This document shows, in pieces, positions 1 through 10,276 of a stretch of 64,000 bases of DNA. The notes beneath the pieces were generated by a model. It was not told the DNA's origin. It saw only the letters and a list, made by a program, of their open reading frames with translations, and searched no databases. The DNA lies in assembly GCA_037130265.1 (NCBI GenBank), contig JBAXTI010000001.1:394377-458376 (forward strand), read 5' to 3'. Positions within the stretch are counted from its first letter, which is position 1. Each line of letters starts with the position of its first letter. The translations under genes were made by a program, and so were the position numbers. Origin of the DNA: a bacterium (GTDB taxonomy: Bacteria; Patescibacteriota; Minisyncoccia; Phycocordibacterales; JBBTRF01).

Positions 1-94
1 CTGGGTCGGATATCCAAAGCCATAATCTCAACATAGTCTCGTCACGTCTCGCTCCAGTCTATTATTCGAAAAAACATTCGTAACTCACATCTTT

Positions 95-1108
95 ATGGAC
101 AAACAATCCCTTCTCGACCTCATCTCTCGACAAGTTGCTGCCGGCACGGTCTCAGCCAACGAAATTGAAGCCGTACTTAGAGCGCAGGTAGGTGGAACAG
201 CTGGAGCAGAAGCCAGTGCTTCGGGTGGCAGTCGCATCAGCGCCACTTCGATCCTCTACAGCATTGGCGGATTGATCCTCGTCATCGGTGTTGGTTCCTT
301 TGTCTTCCGATTCTGGAATGACCTGAGCGGCGTCGTACGTATCGCCATCACTCTCGGACTCGCAGCGGCCACCTATATTGCGGGCGCACTGCTCCGCGGC
401 GACACAGACCACGGCAAAATCAGTCGAGTCCTCTTCTTTGTGAGCGGTATTTTGGCACCGATCGGCCTGCTCGTATCTCTAGACACTGCTGGGATCAACT
501 ACGCCACTTTCGGCTGGTCCGCGACGGTTGCCCTCTTCCTCACGGCAGTCTACGGGGCTTCCCTCTTTATCTTCCGTGGAGTCGAGTTCGCATTTTTCAC
601 GATTGTGTTTGGCACCTGCACTATTTATGCGACGGTCGGCTACTTCCTCGACCTATCAGGCGGCACCAGCATGCTTTCAGATGCGTATAAATACCTCACC
701 ATTGCACTCGGTACCGCATACCTGCTCATTCAATCGACTCTCAGTGGCAAACGCGGCTCAGAGATTGTAGAGGCGCGAGACGAACGAGCTTTCGATAGCT
801 TCCTCACCTTCTTCGGAGCTTCCGGTATCCTCGGCGCTCTTATCGCCCTTAGCGATTGGAGTCCGAAGCAGAGCTTCCTTTGGGAGTTCGTGAGCGTCGC
901 TGCGGTCCTCGGAGGGCTTTACTTAGCAAGCAAGAGCGGCAATCGCACCCTTCTCAAAACCAGCGCACTGTTTGTCTTTATCCTTATTATTCGATTCACC
1001 AGCGAATACTTTGTCCACAGTCTCGGATGGCCAATCGCCCTCATCTTTGCCGGCATCGCCCTTTTGGCAGCTGGATATGGGTTGGTGGCATTGGGAAAGA
1101 AGAAGTAA
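95..1108 (+). CDS. hypothetical polytopic membrane protein
   Basis: 337-aa ORF with many hydrophobic helices (ILYSIGGLILVIGVGSFVF, ILAPIGLLVSL, VFILIIRF); no family motif recognised. Confidence 0.45.
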   Translation: MDKQSLLDLISRQVAAGTVSANEIEAVLRAQVGGTAGAEASASGGSRISATSILYSIGGLILVIGVGSFVFRFWNDLSGVVRIAITLGLAAATYIAGALLRGDTDHGKISRVLFFVSGILAPIGLLVSLDTAGINYATFGWSATVALFLTAVYGASLFIFRGVEFAFFTIVFGTCTIYATVGYFLDLSGGTSMLSDAYKYLTIALGTAYLLIQSTLSGKRGSEIVEARDERAFDSFLTFFGASGILGALIALSDWSPKQSFLWEFVSVAAVLGGLYLASKSGNRTLLKTSALFVFILIIRFTSEYFVHSLGWPIALIFAGIALLAAGYGLVALGKKK

Positions 1109-1164
1109 AAGCAAAAACCATTCACTTCTGTCGACACGCCGTAAATCCTTGCAATCATATCAAT

Positions 1165-1620
1165 ATGAAATATTGGTTAATTAAAAGCGAGCCGACATGC
1201 TACTCAATCGATGACTTCGCTCGTGACAAAAAAGCGGGGTGGAGCGGTATTCGGAATTATCAGGCACGCAACTTCATGCGCGACAGCATGCAAGTCGGCG
1301 ACCTCGTGATCTTCTACCACTCGAGCACCAATCCCCCATCGGCGGTCGGTGTAGCGAAAGTGGCGAGTGAGACGTATCCAGATGCCACTGCACAGAACCC
1401 AAAGGACGACCACTTCGACCCAAAGGCCAGCGCGGAGAATCCGATCTGGATGCAAGTAGACATGAAATTTGTCGAAAAATTCCCTACATCGGTGTCAATC
1501 GGCAGCATCAAGGCCAATCCGAAGCTCAAGGGCATTCCATTAACCCAAGTGGGTAGTCGCCTTTCGATACAGCCGCTTTTGGAGAAGCATTTTGTGGAGA
1601 TTTGTCGGATGGGACGATAA
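1165..1620 (+). CDS. EVE (PUA-like) domain protein
   Basis: Internal ATG of ORF 856..1620; MKYWLIKSEP...YSIDDF...WSGIRNYQARNFMR...GDLVIFYHS matches the EVE/thymocyte-nuclear-protein-like fold signature. Confidence 0.7.
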   Translation: MKYWLIKSEPTCYSIDDFARDKKAGWSGIRNYQARNFMRDSMQVGDLVIFYHSSTNPPSAVGVAKVASETYPDATAQNPKDDHFDPKASAENPIWMQVDMKFVEKFPTSVSIGSIKANPKLKGIPLTQVGSRLSIQPLLEKHFVEICRMGR

Positions 1621-1707
1621 AAGAGGCCTTCCCCACCGAATTCCTTGCCTTTTCCGCCCTCTTTAGGTATACTCATACTCTCAATTAAATAACGAATATA
1701 AGCTACT

Positions 1708-1980
1708 ATGGCAACCAAAAAGGCCGCGGGATCGGCAAAAAACCTCAGAGATTCGAACCCAAAATACCTCGGTATTAAGCTTTTTGCTGGTGAAAAGGCT
1801 TCTATTGGTTCAATCATCGTCCGACAGCGCGGCACCCGCATTCTCGCCGGCAAGGGCACCGACACTGGCAAGGATCACACTATTTTTGCAATCAAGGAAG
1901 GCAAAGTGGCATTCTCAAGCAAGCGAAAGACCAATTTTGATGGCAGCAACGCGGTGAAGAAGGTGGTCAACGTTATCTAA
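1708..1980 (+). CDS. rpmA: 50S ribosomal protein L27
   Basis: MATKKAAGS..NLRDSNPKYLG.K.FAGE....GSIIVRQRGT...AG, typical L27 N-terminus and core. Confidence 0.9.
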   Translation: MATKKAAGSAKNLRDSNPKYLGIKLFAGEKASIGSIIVRQRGTRILAGKGTDTGKDHTIFAIKEGKVAFSSKRKTNFDGSNAVKKVVNVI

Positions 1981-1982
1981 GG

Positions 1983-2091
1983 AAAATCAAAAGACCTTTT
2001 CTCAGGGCACGCGTAAAATCTCTGCTGATATTTTCGCTCACTCTCAGGCCGTCGCCTTCCGAGAGTCCCTTCGAAAAGGTCTTTTGATTTT
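1983..2091. repeat. perfect 19-bp inverted repeat (aaaatcaaaagaccttttc / gaaaaggtcttttgatttt) enclosing ~71 nt; probable bidirectional terminator or structured element
   Basis: Read directly; lies between convergent rpmA (+) and rplI (-). Confidence 0.6.
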
Positions 2092-2237
2092 TGTGTCAAT
2101 TCCTACTTCGTAGCACCATACGCACAAAAACCGAAAGCTGTTTTATGAGACCTCTCGCAGACACGTCGGTGTCGAGAGGAGCCAAAATCCTAGCAGGGAT
2201 TTATGGCGTGTCTCAGAAAAAGCTTTCGGTTTTTGCT

Positions 2238-2678
2238 TTACGCCGCAACGATCACCAGCTTGCACTTCGCCGACTTCCCGCCTGCCACAATTTCAACAGT
2301 GTGCTCACCAACCTCCTTGATTGGCTTATCCAAAGAGATGAACTCAGCATCGATAGCGATGCCGGCCTTGCGGATCTCCGCAGCAATCTCCGCCTTATGG
2401 ATCGAAGAAAACAAATGTCCCTTTGGGTTGGCCTTGGCTACAATATTGAGCTGAAGCGCCTTCACCGCATCGAGATTTTTCACGAGTTCCGCCTCCTCCT
2501 TCTTGCGCTTGTCTGCAATGACCGTTTTCTCCGCCTCCGCGCGCCTTACGACCCCATCTGTCGCAATCGCCACCAATCCCTGAGGAATGAGGCTGTTGAG
2601 CGCGTGACCATCGGCCACATTCTTGATTTCGAATTTCTTACCGAGCTTCGCTACATCTTTCAGGAGTACAACTTTCAT
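2238..2678 (-). CDS. rplI: 50S ribosomal protein L9
   Basis: MKVVLLKDVAKLGKKFEIKNVADGHALN.LIPQGLV matches the L9 N-domain; start taken at the internal Met of ORF 2238..2753. Confidence 0.85.
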   Translation of the reverse strand: MKVVLLKDVAKLGKKFEIKNVADGHALNSLIPQGLVAIATDGVVRRAEAEKTVIADKRKKEEAELVKNLDAVKALQLNIVAKANPKGHLFSSIHKAEIAAEIRKAGIAIDAEFISLDKPIKEVGEHTVEIVAGGKSAKCKLVIVAA

Positions 2679-2703
2679 ACGGATTTTAGAATTATTTTTA
2701 TAA

Positions 2704-3996
2704 TTACTTCGTCGCAGCGGTACTAGTCGCTGTCTTTTTGGCGAGAGGCACACCGGCCTTGCCGAGCACCACCTGCACCGCCTTGTCCATTTGAGGATCC
2801 TTATGATTATTCACGTCCGCCTCGGTTAAGTCAACTATATAATCTGGTGTAATTCCCTTCTCGGAAATAGAGACGCCGTTTGGTGTATACCACTTCGCAA
2901 TCGTCACTTTCAGATTGGTATCACTCGTGAGCTTGATCAATTCTTGAACCGAGCCCTTGCCGAAGGTCTGTGTACCTACCAATTTTGCCACGCCGTGCTC
3001 ACTAAGCGCTCCGGAAAGGATCTCCGAAGCCGAAGCAGAGCCGCCGTTCACCAAAATCACCATCTTGATCGACTTATCTGCAAAGACGTTGTATCCGAAG
3101 CTTCGTAATGTGTCTTCTGGCTGCTTCGCGCCATAGTTTTCACGAACAACCACGGCTCCCTTTGGCAAAAACCAGCTTGCCATGTCGGTTGCAGCATCTA
3201 GATATCCACCCGGGTTACCTCGGAGATCCAGAATGAGCTTAGTAGAGCCTGAATCAATGAACTTCTGAAGCGCGTCGCGGAAGAGATTCGCCGACGGCGC
3301 AGAGAAGCTGTACAAGCGAATGACGAAGATGCCGTCGGCGCGCTTTTCAGTATCTATCGTCGGAATCTGAATGACCGCGCGGGTGATCTCCACCTCGAAC
3401 GGCAGTTTGCGACCCTGTCGAAAGACGAGAAGTTTCACCACAGTGCCCACCTCGCCGCGAATCAAATGCACCGCGTCTTCGCTCGACATGCCAGAAGTGA
3501 TTTTTTTGTTGATCTCAATGACCTTATCACCACTACGCATCCCCGCTTTCTCGGAAGGAGATCCCTTCAGCGGTGCAATGACAGTCACGATGTTGTCTTT
3601 CAGGCCAATTTCCATCCCAACGCCCCCAAAATTGCCACTCACCTGACTGTCGAAATCCTTCGCCTGGACCGGTGGCATAAAGACAGTGTAGGGATCCTTA
3701 AACGAGCTCGCAAGACCTTCGATCGCACCCCAGACTTTCTCCTGTGCGCCAATATCTTTGGCTGAGACCTGCTTTTCGTTCAAAATACGCCATGCCTTCC
3801 AAAAGGTATTGAAATCCGCTGTATCAGAGACTTCATCGGTCGAATTCATGATCCCTGTGAACTTCGAAACCTCTGGACGATTTTTGTATCCGGCCAAAGT
3901 GCCGAGACCGAAGACAATCACCAACACCAAGGCAATATATATACCGAGCGCGACTCGACTCTTCGCGAAAGCGGTGAATGTTTTGTACGTTTTCAT
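2704..3996 (-). CDS. ctpA: carboxyl-terminal processing (S41, tail-specific) peptidase
   Basis: N-terminal TM helix, PDZ-like segment (GMRSGDKVIEIN) and S41 core (LDLRGNPGGYL, ILVNGGSASASEI) are present. Confidence 0.8.
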   Translation of the reverse strand: MKTYKTFTAFAKSRVALGIYIALVLVIVFGLGTLAGYKNRPEVSKFTGIMNSTDEVSDTADFNTFWKAWRILNEKQVSAKDIGAQEKVWGAIEGLASSFKDPYTVFMPPVQAKDFDSQVSGNFGGVGMEIGLKDNIVTVIAPLKGSPSEKAGMRSGDKVIEINKKITSGMSSEDAVHLIRGEVGTVVKLLVFRQGRKLPFEVEITRAVIQIPTIDTEKRADGIFVIRLYSFSAPSANLFRDALQKFIDSGSTKLILDLRGNPGGYLDAATDMASWFLPKGAVVVRENYGAKQPEDTLRSFGYNVFADKSIKMVILVNGGSASASEILSGALSEHGVAKLVGTQTFGKGSVQELIKLTSDTNLKVTIAKWYTPNGVSISEKGITPDYIVDLTEADVNNHKDPQMDKAVQVVLGKAGVPLAKKTATSTAATK

Positions 3997-4092
3997 GTCG
4001 AGACATTATCGCAAATGCACACCCCGTGGTCAACGAAGAGAAGGCGCGGTATAATTGCATTACGAACGCGCGACAGCGCTCGCACTATTCAT

Positions 4093-5040
4093 ATGATCAA
4101 CACGTACACATACAGAAAGCTCATTTGGATCGACCTCGAGTCTCCCACTAGGGACGAAGTGAAGAAGGTGATGGAGGAATACCACCTTGATCCACTTGTG
4201 GCGCAAGAATTACTCAGCCCGAACCTGAAGCCGCGCATCGAGCGACTGTCGAATTTCCTGTACCTTGTCCTCAACTTCCCCATTGCCAAGCAGGGCGGAA
4301 AAACAAAAGCATCAAAAAAGATCAGCCTTACGGCAAAGAATCGTCTTCAGGAGATAGACTTTTTGATCGGTAAAGACATCATCATTACCGCCAGCTACGA
4401 CGCAATCGACCCGTTGCATCATTTTGCAAAGATGTTTGAGGTCAACTCCGTCCTAGACAAAAGCGAGCTTGGCGAACATGCTGGCTACATCTTCTTCTAT
4501 ATGATGGAAAAGATCTATCAATCCCTCCGCAACGAGCTCGAGGGGATCGACGACCAGCTCATTTGCATCGAGGAAGATATTTTTGCCGAACGTGAGAAGG
4601 AAATGGTCTTTGAACTTTCGACTGTGAGCCGCTCATTGCTCGATTTTAAGAAGGCGCTGTCGCATCATCACGGCATTCTCAACATCTACAGCACCTTGAG
4701 TGAGAACTTCTTCGGTCCCGGCTACGAGTCGCATGCGCGACGGCTGATTGATGAATATGGCAAGATTGAGGCGATCATCCATAGCCAATTCGAACTACTC
4801 GATGAACTTCGTTCTACCAATGATTCACTTTTGACCACCAAACAGAATGAGGTGATGAAATTCTTTACTGTCATCACATCAATCATCTTCTTGGTCGAGC
4901 TTATCATCTCAGTTCTCACCATTAGCCTACCTAACAACCCGTTCTTCCTCGTGGCAGGCAACTACGCGATTACCTTGATCGTCATCGCCGCCTGCTCGTT
5001 TGGCATGCTCGGATTTTTCAAGTACAAGAAATGGCTGTAA
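4093..5040 (+). CDS. corA: CorA-family Mg2+/Co2+ transporter
   Basis: WIDLESPTRDEVKKVMEEYHLDPLVAQEL N-domain with two C-terminal TM helices and a GM(L) motif (FGMLGFF) in the GMN position; internal ATG of ORF 4015..5040. Confidence 0.65.
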   Translation: MINTYTYRKLIWIDLESPTRDEVKKVMEEYHLDPLVAQELLSPNLKPRIERLSNFLYLVLNFPIAKQGGKTKASKKISLTAKNRLQEIDFLIGKDIIITASYDAIDPLHHFAKMFEVNSVLDKSELGEHAGYIFFYMMEKIYQSLRNELEGIDDQLICIEEDIFAEREKEMVFELSTVSRSLLDFKKALSHHHGILNIYSTLSENFFGPGYESHARRLIDEYGKIEAIIHSQFELLDELRSTNDSLLTTKQNEVMKFFTVITSIIFLVELIISVLTISLPNNPFFLVAGNYAITLIVIAACSFGMLGFFKYKKWL

Positions 5041-5070
5041 ACATCGAGACGTTTTATCTCACACCACACA

Positions 5071-6603
5071 TTGCCCATGCCTGACATTCGCTTATACAAT
5101 ACACTCAGCAAGCAAAAAGAGGTCTTTACGCCCAGTCATCGAGGATTGGCGGGGATTTTGAGTTCAATTGGTTTTGGCAAAAAAACCGTCACCATGTACA
5201 ACTGTGGACCGACCGTGTACCAATCGCTCCACATCGGCAACTATCGCGCATACATTTTCGCCGACACACTGAAGCGCGCTCTTGAGTTCAATGGGTACAA
5301 TGTGAAGCAGGTTATCAACATCACCGATGTCGGACATCTCGTTGGCGATGGCGACGAAGGCGAGGACAAAATGCAGGTCACGGTGCAAAAGCAACAGCGC
5401 TCTTCCAAGGAGATTTCAGAAGAGTACACACGCGAGTTTTTTGCGGGACTGAAGGCACTGAACATAGAGACCGGTGATAGCAGAGGTGTTGAAGTTGACA
5501 TGAGAAACTCTTTTGGGCCTGACCGCTCCCCCGCCACACAATTTCCTCGTGCGACCGGCTATATTCCGGAACAAATTACCCTCATCGAGCAGCTCGAGAA
5601 ACGCGGCTTCACCTACAAGACGTCCGACGGTGTGTATTTTGATACTTCGAAGTTTCCGCAATACGGCAAGCTTGGAAATATTCACCTCGCAGGTCTCGAA
5701 GAAGGACACCGGGTCACGGCCAATGCCGAAAAGCGCAATCCGACCGATTTTGCATTGTGGAAGTTTTCCAAGGAAACCAAAGAAGGCGCAGCGCCTCATC
5801 GAGACCAAGAGTGGCCATCGCCGTGGGGCGTCGGCTTTCCAGGTTGGCACATCGAGTGTTCGGCGATGGCCATGAAGCTCCTCGGTCCAACCATCGACAT
5901 CCACACAGGCGGCATCGACCACATCCCAACCCACCACAACAACGAGATCGCTCAATCCGAAGCGTCAACCGGCAAATCATTCGCTCGTTTTTGGCTGCAC
6001 GGTGCGCACCTTCTCATTGACGGACAGAAGATTTCGAAGTCGCTCGGCAACACTATTTATTTGAAGGATCTCGCCGCACACGGAGTGACCCCGCTTGGCC
6101 TCCGCTACTGGTTCCTCACCGCCTCATACCGCACGCAGATGAATTTCACCTGGGAAGCCGTGAAGGGTGCACAGACGGCATACGAGCGACTGCTGGAGCA
6201 AGTGCGGGGACTTTCGAAGGCGGGGGGTAGTAAAGTTTCTGGTAACGCGGCTGAGGATGCGGCTCCTACTTACGGTAAGATTTTCACCCAGGCACTCAAC
6301 GATGACCTCAATACCCCTAAATCTTTGGCAATAATTTGGGACATGATGAAGGATACTGAAATGACTAATACGGAAAAATTGGACAGTCTACGTGAGTTTG
6401 ACGGAGTACTCGGATTACATTTATTTATTGCAATCGGTGGACCTGTTCCATTCCCAGCTGAGATCGTTGATCTAAAAAAGGAGCGCGACATCGCCCGCAG
6501 ACAAAGAGATTTTAGGAAGTCTGACGAGCTGCGCGTGACGCTGAGTTCTAAGGGCTACGACATTGTCGATACAAGTACAGAAAGTACATTGATAAAAAAG
6601 TAG
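5071..6603 (+). CDS. cysS: cysteine--tRNA ligase
   Basis: HIGN (HIGH) and KISKSLGN (KMSKS) class I motifs; CGPTVY, WHIECSAMA. Confidence 0.9.
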   Translation: MPMPDIRLYNTLSKQKEVFTPSHRGLAGILSSIGFGKKTVTMYNCGPTVYQSLHIGNYRAYIFADTLKRALEFNGYNVKQVINITDVGHLVGDGDEGEDKMQVTVQKQQRSSKEISEEYTREFFAGLKALNIETGDSRGVEVDMRNSFGPDRSPATQFPRATGYIPEQITLIEQLEKRGFTYKTSDGVYFDTSKFPQYGKLGNIHLAGLEEGHRVTANAEKRNPTDFALWKFSKETKEGAAPHRDQEWPSPWGVGFPGWHIECSAMAMKLLGPTIDIHTGGIDHIPTHHNNEIAQSEASTGKSFARFWLHGAHLLIDGQKISKSLGNTIYLKDLAAHGVTPLGLRYWFLTASYRTQMNFTWEAVKGAQTAYERLLEQVRGLSKAGGSKVSGNAAEDAAPTYGKIFTQALNDDLNTPKSLAIIWDMMKDTEMTNTEKLDSLREFDGVLGLHLFIAIGGPVPFPAEIVDLKKERDIARRQRDFRKSDELRVTLSSKGYDIVDTSTESTLIKK

Positions 6604-6676
6604 TTTCGGGTTATCATATCTTGATTACGACGAAAGGGGTTCCGAACGGCTAATTACCTAAGGAGCCCTTTTCTTT

Positions 6677-7015
6677 TTATGAGATATAAGACTTTAAGTT
6701 TTCTAAGTACTCGAAACGCTCTGAACCAAGCTCTTTGTACGAAGACGAGGCAAATCTTTTGTTTGGAAAAAGAATCTTTCTAAATTTGGAGAGATTAACT
6801 TGCCATGCAGATCCGCACGAGCAATTTGATAATTGCATTTCTTTAAGCTCGTCTTTCAATCTTTTGGCACATTCGTAACACTTTGTAGTACCGAAATGCA
6901 AATTCTGCCCGTCGACAAAGGCCAGGTTAGGTGTTGAGATTGATTTATGATTCGCAAAATATCTCCTGACATACTGTTTATTATACCAAGAGGAACCTAT
7001 CCCCACCCTCTCCAC
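6677..7015 (-). CDS. hypothetical protein; NYN-like N-terminus (LAFVDGQNLHFG) plus Cys cluster (CYEC...CSCGS)
   Basis: Weak resemblance of FVDGQNL to the NYN/LabA catalytic start; the rest is unassigned. Confidence 0.3.
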   Translation of the reverse strand: MERVGIGSSWYNKQYVRRYFANHKSISTPNLAFVDGQNLHFGTTKCYECAKRLKDELKEMQLSNCSCGSAWQVNLSKFRKILFPNKRFASSSYKELGSERFEYLENLKSYIS

Positions 7016-7082
7016 ACCTTATTCCCTTTTGGCCCACGCGCAGGCATTGCCCGCCCCCACACCAAGCAGGTAGAATAGCCCA

Positions 7083-8456
7083 ATGGCCACAAATCTCAGA
7101 GTCCCTCCGCAAAACCTCGACGCTGAAAAAGCGTTGCTTGGTTCGATCATGCTCCGCTCGGATGCAATCAACGAGATCAACGACTCGATCAACGACCGCG
7201 TCTTCTACTCCGAAAAGCACCGCATTATTTTTCGATCGATGATGGAGCTCTTCACCAAGAGCACACCGATCGACATGCTCACCCTCACCACTCGCCTCCG
7301 TGAGAACAATCAGCTCGATCAAATCGGCGGCGCCAGCTATATTGGCGAGCTCGCCAATGCTGTCCCCTCTTCCGCCAACATCATCCACTACGGCACCACG
7401 GTGAAGAACAAATTCATGATGCGCCAACTCATTGACGCGTCAGAATTCATCTCTAGCCTCGGATACGACGAATCGGCAGAAATAAATGAGCTCCTCGACA
7501 AAGCCGAGAAGCGTGTCTTTGAAGTGACAAGTTTCGACAACGGCCACAAAGTGGTGGAGATCAAAGATACGCTCAACGAAGCCTGGGAACGTTTCGACAA
7601 GCTCTCGCAAAACAAGGGCGAGCTCCGCGGTGTGCCGACCGGCTTCAAAGAGCTCGACAACAAGCTCTCTGGCTTCCAAGAATCCGACCTCATCATCCTC
7701 GCCGCTCGACCTTCGATGGGTAAGACATCGCTCGCGCTCGACTTTGCCCGCAAGACAGCAATCCTTCACAACACGCCGGTCGCCATCTTCTCTTTGGAAA
7801 TGTCCGCACAGTCGCTTGTGGATCGTATGCTCTCTGCTGAATCTCAGATTGACTCATGGAGTCTGCGCAACGGCAAGATCGCTGCAGAGGAAGACTTCGT
7901 GAAGCTCCGTGGCGCCATGGACCGCCTTTCCCGCGCGCCGATCTTCATCGACGACCAAGCCGGCAACAATATTTTGAAGATGCGTTCTGTCGCCCGCCGA
8001 CTCAAAAAAGATCGTGGTCTCGGCCTCATCATTGTCGACTACCTCCAGCTCATGACCCCGACCCAGACCAAGGGCAGCGACAATCTCGTGCAGCAGACCA
8101 CTGAGATCTCGCGCTCATTGAAACAGCTCGCCAAGGAGCTCAAGGTGCCAGTCATTGCCCTCTCCCAGCTTTCCCGAGCCGTGGAGCAGCGCGGTGGCGA
8201 GCCAAGGCTTTCCGACCTTCGCGATTCCGGATCGATTGAACAGGATGCGGACATTGTTTTGTTCATTCACCGCGAGGACAAATACAACAAGGAGTCTGGT
8301 CGGCCGAACATCGCCAAAATCATGATCGAAAAGCATCGAAACGGTCCGACTGGTGTCGTGGAGCTCTACTTCGACGAAAAGAAGACGACTTTCCAGAGCA
8401 TCGAGAAATCCGACTTCGGCGACTTTGGCGGTGCCGTCGGCGGTGGAGAGTTTTAG
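7083..8456 (+). CDS. dnaB: replicative DNA helicase DnaB
   Basis: PQNLDAEKALLGSIM N-domain; Walker A ARPSMGKTSLAL; RecA-like C-domain (IIVDYLQLM, SQLSRAVEQR). Confidence 0.9.
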   Translation: MATNLRVPPQNLDAEKALLGSIMLRSDAINEINDSINDRVFYSEKHRIIFRSMMELFTKSTPIDMLTLTTRLRENNQLDQIGGASYIGELANAVPSSANIIHYGTTVKNKFMMRQLIDASEFISSLGYDESAEINELLDKAEKRVFEVTSFDNGHKVVEIKDTLNEAWERFDKLSQNKGELRGVPTGFKELDNKLSGFQESDLIILAARPSMGKTSLALDFARKTAILHNTPVAIFSLEMSAQSLVDRMLSAESQIDSWSLRNGKIAAEEDFVKLRGAMDRLSRAPIFIDDQAGNNILKMRSVARRLKKDRGLGLIIVDYLQLMTPTQTKGSDNLVQQTTEISRSLKQLAKELKVPVIALSQLSRAVEQRGGEPRLSDLRDSGSIEQDADIVLFIHREDKYNKESGRPNIAKIMIEKHRNGPTGVVELYFDEKKTTFQSIEKSDFGDFGGAVGGGEF

Positions 8457-8516
8457 GGTATAATCGAGCGGTAAGCGGCGTGGCGAGAGTCGCCTGAACG
8501 GCGCAGACGATTTCAA

Positions 8517-9200
8517 ATGGACACCATCAGCAAACTCATCGAGCAATTCCGGCAGTTTCCGGGCATCGGCCCGCGACAGGCGAAGCGTTTTGTATATTTC
8601 TTGCTCGGACAGAGTGAGGCATACCGGGCACAGCTCGCCACTCTCGTACTCGATCTCAAAAAACAGATACGCGTCTGCGTTTCTTGCCAACGCTTCTTCC
8701 CGATTGGCGTCAAACTATCCGACACCTGCGTGATCTGCGCTGACGTGCGCCGTTCCGAGGAGACACTGCTTGTTGTGTGTCGAGATGTTGATTTTGAAAA
8801 CATTGAAAAAAGCCACACCTACGACGGCAAGTACTTTATCCTTGGCGGCTCGGTCCCAATCTTGGAGAAAAATCCCGAACAGCGCGTGCGTTCACGCGAA
8901 CTCGCGGCACTTGTTGAAAAGATGGCAGACAAGCCAAAATACGACCCTCTTGATCCCGACAACGACCCTGCCGTACCTGAAACCTCAAAAAGCCTCAAGG
9001 AAGTGATTTTGGCTTTCAACCTCACACCGGAGGGCGAACACACCCAGCACTATATACAGGGCATTTTGGCGCCTTTGGTGGCCAAATACCACCTCACCGT
9101 GAGCGTCCTCGGCCGTGGACTCTCCACCGGCCTAGAACTCGAGTATTCCGACAGCGAAACCGTCAAGAATGCGCTGCGCGGGAGACAGAGGAGCGAGTAG
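8517..9200 (+). CDS. recR: recombination protein RecR
   Basis: LIEQFRQFPGIGPRQAKRFVYFLL HhH; C4 zinc finger CVSCQRF...CVIC; Toprim region, with an acidic insertion. Confidence 0.85.
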   Translation: MDTISKLIEQFRQFPGIGPRQAKRFVYFLLGQSEAYRAQLATLVLDLKKQIRVCVSCQRFFPIGVKLSDTCVICADVRRSEETLLVVCRDVDFENIEKSHTYDGKYFILGGSVPILEKNPEQRVRSRELAALVEKMADKPKYDPLDPDNDPAVPETSKSLKEVILAFNLTPEGEHTQHYIQGILAPLVAKYHLTVSVLGRGLSTGLELEYSDSETVKNALRGRQRSE

Positions 9201-9203
9201 CAG

Positions 9204-9234
9204 AATTTGAGGTCGCAATTTGCGACCTCAAATT
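9204..9234. terminator. 31-bp perfect palindrome (aatttgaggtcgcaaattgcgacctcaaatt); bidirectional terminator hairpin
   Basis: Read directly; between the convergent recR and ORF6N gene ends. Confidence 0.6.
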
Positions 9235-9761
9235 TTATGGCCATCTTCAGGCACAAAACCGATTTTCTTTTTCGGACCAACTGGTGGATTCATAAGCTGC
9301 TTCACCACCGAATATACAGCCGAAAGTTGGTCACCATGTTCTTTCTGCTTCCTCTCGATTTCAGAAATCTTGAGCGCCAAATCGGCATGCGTCGCCAACA
9401 TTTCCCGCATTTTAATGAAGGCGCGAACAATGAAGATGTTCATTTGGGCCGCTCTTTGACTTCTTAGTACAGATGAGAGCATTACAATCCCATGCTCAGT
9501 AAAGACATGTGGATATTTTCGGTAGCCACCATGTCCCGAACTTGATATCACAATTTGTGATATCAAGTTTTGAGACTCAAGCAAAGTCAGTTGAAAAGCA
9601 AAATCCTCAGGAAAACGAGAAATGTTTCTTTTGACTGATTGCACTAGTACTCGGGTTTCTACTCCATACAACCTTGCCAAATCGAAATCCACCATCACTC
9701 GCTGGCCGCGAATGATGTAGATCTTGTGCTCGACAGCATTTTGAATTTCGTCTTTTTCCAC
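9228..9761 (-). CDS. ORF6N-domain (phage antirepressor-like) DNA-binding protein
   Basis: IRGQRVMVDFDLARLYGVETRVLVQSVKRNISRFPEDFAFQLT matches the ORF6N/KilA-N-like N-domain. Confidence 0.6.
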   Translation of the reverse strand: MEKDEIQNAVEHKIYIIRGQRVMVDFDLARLYGVETRVLVQSVKRNISRFPEDFAFQLTLLESQNLISQIVISSSGHGGYRKYPHVFTEHGIVMLSSVLRSQRAAQMNIFIVRAFIKMREMLATHADLALKISEIERKQKEHGDQLSAVYSVVKQLMNPPVGPKKKIGFVPEDGHKI

Positions 9762-9847
9762 CCCTTAATTCTAACGGTCCGAAAAATGGATTGCAATGCG
9801 AAAAAGATAAAGAAAGAATAAAGAAAAATTTATCCCTAACCTTCCGT

Positions 9848-10183
9848 TCAGAAAAGTTTCCCGCCAAGCACTGCCCCCTCTTTGTCTGGAGTAATCAAGA
9901 CGACTCGCCCTTCTGCATCTGGCACGCCAAGCGTGAGAACTTCTGATTCAAATGGCCCGATCTTCCGCGGCGGAAAATTCACGACTCCGAGCACAAGCTT
10001 CCCCACGAGCTCTTCTCTTTTGTAGAGGGCAACAATCTGTACAGATGAATTTTTCACGCCAATCTCCGGACCAAAGTCGATCCTGAGCTTGTATGCCGGC
10101 TTCCTCGCCTCGGGAAAGTCGTTCGCTTCCACGATCTTCCCTACTCTGATATCCAATTTCTGAAAATCTTCGATGGTGGCCAT
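9848..10183 (-). CDS. tRNA-binding protein (CsaA/Trbp111-like EMAP/OB fold)
   Basis: DIRVGKIVEA...KLRIDFG....SSVQIVA......LVGKLVLGVVNFPPRKI is the tRNA-binding OB-fold signature. Confidence 0.75.
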   Translation of the reverse strand: MATIEDFQKLDIRVGKIVEANDFPEARKPAYKLRIDFGPEIGVKNSSVQIVALYKREELVGKLVLGVVNFPPRKIGPFESEVLTLGVPDAEGRVVLITPDKEGAVLGGKLF

Positions 10184-10222
10184 ATAGAGATATAGTGTAG
10201 CACTTTCAAGAACGGAGTAAAC

Positions 10223-10250
10223 AAAAAACGCCTTTCGGCGTTTTTTGTTT
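10223..10250 (-). terminator. intrinsic terminator (aaaaaacgcc tttc ggcgtttttt), bidirectional
   Basis: GC stem flanked by A and T runs, downstream of rplU on the minus strand. Confidence 0.6.
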
Positions 10251-10276
10251 CTTTTATTTTTCGTGTCTCTCTTTCT

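Noticed and set aside
152-412. 86-aa antisense ORF inside the first membrane-protein gene
   Set aside because: Fully nested antisense to a longer ORF with coherent TM topology.
9539-9569. 31-bp palindrome (aacttgatatcacaatttgtgatatcaagtt) as a regulatory site
   Set aside because: It lies inside the ORF6N coding sequence (it encodes LISQIVISS) and has no promoter context. It is noted only as a curiosity.
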